Below, one piece after another: positions 58,879-64,000 of a stretch of DNA of 64,000 bases (position 1 is the first letter of the stretch; each line of letters starts with the position of its first letter). This stretch comes from Aulosira sp. ZfuVER01 (GTDB taxonomy: Bacteria; Cyanobacteriota; Cyanobacteriia; Cyanobacteriales; Nostocaceae). The notes beneath the pieces are model-generated. The model had not been told where the DNA came from, ran no database searches, and worked only from the letters and a program-made list of their open reading frames with translations. The stretch spans positions 1-64,000 of the forward strand of contig JAVRCV020000046.1 in assembly GCA_034530615.2 (NCBI GenBank), given 5' to 3'. A program made the position numbers and the translations under genes.

Positions 58879-59295
58879 ATGGAATCTAAAAAATACAAAA
58901 TTGAGTACAAGTTTCATTCAATTCATATTGAAGAGGAATCATTAAGTAGAAAAGCTTATTACTATAAAATTTCTGGTGAGTTATGTCATAATGGTGGGTT
59001 TGTCAATTCGATTGCTGAGGCAGAAAAGGAAGCAAAAGCGAAGATTGACGAAAAATTTAATCTAATAGAAAAAAAATCTGCATTACACAGATATTGTGTA
59101 ATGCGTGATTTTGAAAGCTTTGTTGAGTTGTTAACTCAACAAAAGGAAATGCCGAAAGAGGTAGCTTATCAAGTAGCTTCTCAACTAGCTTTAGCTTCAA
59201 CTTTAAAGTATTTTACGAAAGAAGCACTCAATGTTGATGCAAATGGCTCAGTAGATGTTAATAGAGATGTAAGCACAGAAAACTTGCAGCAATAA
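58879..59295 (+). CDS. Hypothetical protein
   Basis: 138-aa ATG ORF in an AT-rich region; no motif recognised. Confidence 0.55.
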   Translation: MESKKYKIEYKFHSIHIEEESLSRKAYYYKISGELCHNGGFVNSIAEAEKEAKAKIDEKFNLIEKKSALHRYCVMRDFESFVELLTQQKEMPKEVAYQVASQLALASTLKYFTKEALNVDANGSVDVNRDVSTENLQQ

Positions 59296-59318
59296 TCAGT
59301 TGTGTTTGACCAGATTAT

Positions 59319-59837
59319 TTAAAATGCTGGCTGCATCATTTTTGTGAGGAGGCAAGAAGCTTCAAGAGTCCATGCATTATTACATAACTCAAGCGCTGGT
59401 ACTTTTAATTCAAATGGATGAGGTGGTGACTGTAGTAGCGAGGGTGCAACTCGGTCGTGGACTTCAACTAAGCTAACTATCCAAGGAAGAAAATCTAAAA
59501 TTTCCCTTGGCAATACAGTTAACTCAAAGTCCCATACCAGATTAAGTCCTCGGGATTTTTGCAACTTTTTTCCCATCATGAATTGAAGAGCACTTTTATT
59601 AATAGCTAGCCGCAGAATGAACGGGCGCAATGGGTTAAATTCGTCTGGTGCTGTATAAGCATATATATTTATATAATTCAGTTGCTGCCTATCATCTATC
59701 CAAGATGCAATAGGAGAATTACTACTATAGGATGTACTACTTATGCTCACTGGTGTCTTCATTGCAACAGCAAACAGAGAATAGAATTCATGCCTTAGTT
59801 CACTAACAATATGTTTGGTTTCTGGAGTCATGGTCAC
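59319..59837 (-). CDS. Hypothetical protein
   Basis: 172-aa ATG ORF; no motif recognised. Confidence 0.6.
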   Translation of the reverse strand: MTMTPETKHIVSELRHEFYSLFAVAMKTPVSISSTSYSSNSPIASWIDDRQQLNYINIYAYTAPDEFNPLRPFILRLAINKSALQFMMGKKLQKSRGLNLVWDFELTVLPREILDFLPWIVSLVEVHDRVAPSLLQSPPHPFELKVPALELCNNAWTLEASCLLTKMMQPAF

Positions 59838-59950
59838 TACACCTATAATTGTGTAGATTGTATTTGTAGAAGAAGTTTCAGGGGTAATATAATTATGGCT
59901 TAAGTACCTCCCAAAAAAATGGGAGAAGTAAGAATCTCCCCGAAAAAAAG

Positions 59951-60283
59951 CTAAAGAAGCTTAGAAACAGCACTGCTAAATTGCTCGTAAGGAGAAACTC
60001 CTACGATGGTTTCTACTAACTCAGCATCTTTAAAAATTAAAACTGCTGGAATACTGCGAAGTCCGAATTTTTTAAACAGCGGTTTGTTATTATCCACGTC
60101 TACCTTAACGACTTTGGCGCAATCTTTATATTCTTGAGCGAGTTGCTCCATTAATGGAGCGATCAAGCGACAAGGCCCACACCAAGTAGCAGTAAAGTCA
60201 ACTACAACAACTTTTTCTTCACTTAAAAGAGTCTCAAATTCACTTTCTTGAATGTAAGCAACTAGATCAGTGTCAGTAGACAT
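59951..60283 (-). CDS. trxA: Thioredoxin
   Basis: DFTATWCGPC, RSIPA. Confidence 0.9.
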   Translation of the reverse strand: MSTDTDLVAYIQESEFETLLSEEKVVVVDFTATWCGPCRLIAPLMEQLAQEYKDCAKVVKVDVDNNKPLFKKFGLRSIPAVLIFKDAELVETIVGVSPYEQFSSAVSKLL

Positions 60284-60393
60284 TTTTTAATTCCTCAGTA
60301 TTAAACTAACATTTCAAAAAAAAAGAATTTTCGGGGACATGATAGCCAACGAAGATTCAATATCTTACCTACACAGTCATGAAAAAGAGTTCA

Positions 60394-60699
60394 TTAATAA
60401 AAGGCTTCTACATTATTTCGAAAGGCAATTAAGGCGTGCTTGCCCTGCTCTTCTTTTAGTGTCTCAAAGATAGCATCAGATACTTCTAATGAAACAAGCG
60501 TTTTGATTTCAATATTAGTGTTGTAACCTGCCATATCTGCCAAGCGTTTTCCATGTCCACCTTCACCTTGTACTTGACTAATTGTATAACCGCTTACACT
60601 ATGGCTTTTTAGCAGTTTAACAATCCTTTCTTTCAAGACTGTTTCACCTATGATAGTGATAAGAACGGCGGGTTGAATCGGCAAGGTTAAGTTTGTCAT
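60394..60699 (-). CDS. PII-like (SbtB-type) protein
   Basis: LITIIGE, GYTI…GEGGHG, NIEIKTLV. Confidence 0.75.
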   Translation of the reverse strand: MTNLTLPIQPAVLITIIGETVLKERIVKLLKSHSVSGYTISQVQGEGGHGKRLADMAGYNTNIEIKTLVSLEVSDAIFETLKEEQGKHALIAFRNNVEAFY

Positions 60700-60859
60700 A
60701 AAGAATTCCAGAAAAAGGATTTTCGCTTTTCAATCTGACATTTTCATTCGCAGTCAAAATTGTGCAGAAAAAGACTCAAGCAAAAATGCCTGAGCCGTTA
60801 ATAGATGAAGTTAAGTTATTGAACTAACGGGTTAGGCCAAATAGCTAAATCAGTGAAGC

Positions 60860-61165
60860 TTAGTAACGGTTGCGTCCACCGTAATTGCCACGGTTCCCAC
60901 CACCAAATGAACCGCCTCTGTCTTCTTTAGGTTTAGCCTTATTTACTTTGAGGTCTCGTCCCATCCATTCGGCACCATCAAGAGCTTCAATAGCCGCAGT
61001 TTCTTCTGCATCGGTACCCATTTCCACAAAACCAAAGCCGCGCACACGACCTGTTTCGCGATCGGTAGGTAGCTGAACCCGCTTGACAGAACCATATTCT
61101 GCAAACACTGCATTCAGACTATCTTCTGTAACTTCGTAAGAAAGATTGCCTACATAAACTGACAT
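60860..61165 (-). CDS. rbp: RRM RNA-binding protein with Gly-rich tail
   Basis: VYVGNL, RGFGFVEM, GGSFGGGNRG tail. Confidence 0.95.
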   Translation of the reverse strand: MSVYVGNLSYEVTEDSLNAVFAEYGSVKRVQLPTDRETGRVRGFGFVEMGTDAEETAAIEALDGAEWMGRDLKVNKAKPKEDRGGSFGGGNRGNYGGRNRY

Positions 61166-61343
61166 AGATTGTCTCCGAAATTGTAAATGTGTAGAGATTT
61201 AGATTTCGGAGAAAAGTTTGTAAATACCAAAAACAAAAAACCTGTCAATACTAAAAACAAACGCTGTTAACCGAATTAATTCTCATCTTATATTATGACA
61301 TAGAAATCAACTTTTAGGTGAACAATGGGAAAAAGATTATATA

Positions 61344-61553
61344 TCAGCTTACTAATTCAACTAAAGCGTCCCACTGAAACCTGACTACGCATGAGACTAA
61401 GCAGCCACGATAATGCTCACTTGTGAATACTGAGAGTGTAACATTGGTCTGACTTAGATCTAAAATTTGTTTCACCTTACAGATTTGCCGTTTGTTCTTG
61501 CAGTATGCAACGATGCGATCGCCTGCTTTGACATCTAACGCTTTAATTTTCAA
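61344..61553 (-). CDS. Small hypothetical protein
   Basis: 69 aa, TTG start, co-oriented within the cluster. Confidence 0.5.
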   Translation of the reverse strand: MKIKALDVKAGDRIVAYCKNKRQICKVKQILDLSQTNVTLSVFTSEHYRGCLVSCVVRFQWDALVELVS

Positions 61554-61701
61554 TTTCTACTCACTGCTACCGTTATTTAACTAAACCATAATATGTATTT
61601 AGATTTTTTTCACCTTCTTTTGGTTATAATTTCTTCTGGGTTGTATGTAACCGCTATGAGAATTCCAACGCTTTTGCGTAACCCACTATAATAAGGCAGC
61701 A

Positions 61702-61956
61702 TTAAGCTACATCTACGATGGTTTTAGCTCTATTAATTTTCAGGCTATAACCCATCCATTCAGTACCTCTTAATCCATTAATCGCTGCTACTTCTTCGGT
61801 GTCTGTTTCCATTTCTACAACTGCAAATCCCCTCTTTTCACCAGATTTTTGCTTTGTAGATACTAGAATTCTTCTAACAGACCCATACATTAAAAAAACT
61901 TGTCTGATGTCTTCATCTTCAATTTCACTGGATAAATTACCAATATAAACTGACAT
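61702..61956 (-). CDS. rbp: Divergent RRM RNA-binding protein without Gly tail
   Basis: VYIGNL, RGFAVVEM, GTEWMG…LKINRA. Confidence 0.88.
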   Translation of the reverse strand: MSVYIGNLSSEIEDEDIRQVFLMYGSVRRILVSTKQKSGEKRGFAVVEMETDTEEVAAINGLRGTEWMGYSLKINRAKTIVDVA

Positions 61957-62272
61957 ATACTATCTCCCAATTAACAAAATGTAGAGATTTAGATTTGGAG
62001 AGGCGTCTATATATAATCAGTCACTTGACCAAAAATATTTCTCAATAATTTAATAATAACATAGTTTTAAATTTGAAACTTACTTAAATATGTGTGAGTC
62101 TCAAGCAGTTTATTCAGCTTAAACCTCGAACAAAATTAGAAAACCAGGCTCGTCCACACAAATAGTTTAAGACATACTTGTGCGTAAAATAAGCAACTGA
62201 GAATTAACTAAATCTTGTGAAATTTAAAATTTCTACAATTGTTGCTCAATAATATATTTTTGATTTTTAAAT

Positions 62273-62470
62273 TTAATTAGAAATAGCAGCTATTTGTAGT
62301 TGAACCCACAACTCTTTTTTCCACTTCAGGGTTAAAATTTCTGGGTTTGTAATTCCCAAAGCTTTTAAGCAATTAGTTATGTCTTTTTTACTTAATGAGC
62401 TTGGTTCAAGTTCTGAAGCAACAAAGCGAGCAAAGTTAGCTGAGATAAATGTAGGTATTTGTAAATTCAT
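62273..62470 (-). CDS. Small hypothetical protein preceded by an rbp-type leader
   Basis: ATG at 62470 after a GGAGG RBS; 65 aa. Confidence 0.55.
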   Translation of the reverse strand: MNLQIPTFISANFARFVASELEPSSLSKKDITNCLKALGITNPEILTLKWKKELWVQLQIAAISN

Positions 62471-62836
62471 TTCATCCTCCCGAATCACATACAGTGTAGA
62501 GAGTTAGATCCGGAAAGGTGTCACGGGCTTATTCACATAGCCGAAAATATTTCTCATTGGTCTAAACATAACACTTGAATCTGTAAGGAGATTGGTAGGA
62601 CTCTACAGGTCGTTATAACTACAAGTTCATATCTTTGTAAGCTCTGCTGCTAAATGATTGTGGCTTCTAATTTACCCTAAAAAAGTTAATTATTATCTAG
62701 GGGCAGCTTTATCCATAACCCTAGAGCGTAATACAAATTTAACGTAAAATTAATATTTAGCTTATACTACAAATACTACTGCAAAGCTTATTCTTTATAT
62801 ATCTTTGTATTTCTTTATATTGTTTTCTGATATTTG

Positions 62837-62923
62837 ATACCAATTTGAAAAAAGAATGCAACAGATGGATTCCCATAAGCGACACACAAAAAGCAATTCC
62901 CGATCTAAAATCCAAAATGGTAT
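62837..62923. mobile_element. MITE, empty version of 11898-12048
   Basis: ataccaatttgaaaaaagaatgcaacagatggattccc…aaaatccaaaatggtat. Confidence 0.75.
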
Positions 62924-62986
62924 GACATCGATTTTGATTGTCAGACAATCGGAGAATTTGAGAAGGCTTTGATTTATATCAGATTG

Positions 62987-63898
62987 CTATATATTGTTAA
63001 TTAATTTACTTTTACGTTCGCGAAACCATTGCAAACGTCTCTCAAAACGCTGCAAACTGTCGGGGTGTTGCTGCCCGATAATATAGTTCCAGAGAACTGT
63101 TTGAAATGTACGTGCCTCAATAAATAAATCCAATACCTCATCATCAATATTTAAACCATAGCCATTGATTGCTGCATCGGCTTGCTCTACATCCTTCCCA
63201 AAGACACGAGATGAGGCAACAAAACAAGCAATATCCCAAAAGATGGGGGCGATAAATGTATCCTCCCAGTCACCCCACAATATCCCGCGTGTGGTATTCA
63301 AAACATTCGACGGGTTAGAGTCGCCGTGAACAGGTTGCATGGGTAAGTCTAGTTGCTGGAACTTAATTTTTAACCGTTCGTTCACTTGTTGCAGCATTTC
63401 TGCGTCTGCGGGGCTGAATACTCTCTCGCTGCAAAGTTGGGAGAAAATCTGCTCAGATTCTGATAATGCATCAAGAACAGGAAGTTCGCCATCAAAATCT
63501 ACGAGTGCTTCGTGACACTCACGTAAAGCCTCTCCCGCAGTAGCTGGATCTACTGGCTTGTCTAATTCTCGGACAAATTCCCAAAAGCTTAAAACCAAAC
63601 CGTTGTGGTGATAGGGGCCAGGTGAAACGACTGTACTAGGAGGCATAACAGGTGCACCTGCTGCTGTCAGATGACTCGCAACTGCAATTTCTCGTTTTAA
63701 CCATGCATCGCCTTTGCGGACTGTTCCTGTTGTCGTCGCTACCCGCGCAACTACTGGAGTTGGGTGCAGATGTACGAGCAAATTACTACGGTCTGCCAAA
63801 ATAATTGCTGTATCAAATTTAATTTTTTGCTGTTGAGCAACTTCATGTACAGTACGTACCGCAGCTTGTACGTGAACTGCATGACCCTTTTGAGTCAT
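62987..63898 (-). CDS. Aminoglycoside phosphotransferase-like kinase
   Basis: PVHGDSNPSNV, WGDWED. Confidence 0.8.
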   Translation of the reverse strand: MTQKGHAVHVQAAVRTVHEVAQQQKIKFDTAIILADRSNLLVHLHPTPVVARVATTTGTVRKGDAWLKREIAVASHLTAAGAPVMPPSTVVSPGPYHHNGLVLSFWEFVRELDKPVDPATAGEALRECHEALVDFDGELPVLDALSESEQIFSQLCSERVFSPADAEMLQQVNERLKIKFQQLDLPMQPVHGDSNPSNVLNTTRGILWGDWEDTFIAPIFWDIACFVASSRVFGKDVEQADAAINGYGLNIDDEVLDLFIEARTFQTVLWNYIIGQQHPDSLQRFERRLQWFRERKSKLINNI

Positions 63899-64000
63899 CG
63901 TTTAACCTTTGAAATCTGCATAAACCACCATCTATTACCATATCTCTATGCATTATCAAGAAAGCGCGATGATTCTAAAGTAGAACTCGCTAACTTAAAT

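Overview
64 kb of a heterocyst-forming (Nostocales-type) cyanobacterial chromosome, judged by dense HIP1 GCGATCGC sites, heptamer/short dispersed repeats, nifH and xisH/xisI. Housekeeping genes (nblS/hik33, purD, serC, uppS, pedR, sfsA, trxA, rpsU, three rbp genes) are interleaved with accessory loci: four STAND/NLR-like NTPases (one with 14 homogenised WD40 repeats, one with an N-terminal caspase), a HipA-like kinase + HIRAN pair, Uma2/XisHI genes and many MITEs. The most striking feature is not in the ORF track. Two paralogous ~700-nt minus-strand non-coding loci (about 51589-52298 and 54715-55414) share a promoter-like region, a 5' structured domain and a 3' domain closed by a long stem with compensatory changes, and carry tRNA/tRNA-like genes between the two domains. 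One copy lies directly upstream of an internally deleted remnant of what I recognise as a retron-type reverse transcriptase; the other lies upstream of a slipin (SPFH) gene. All family assignments come from reading motifs by eye and from recall; no searches were run.
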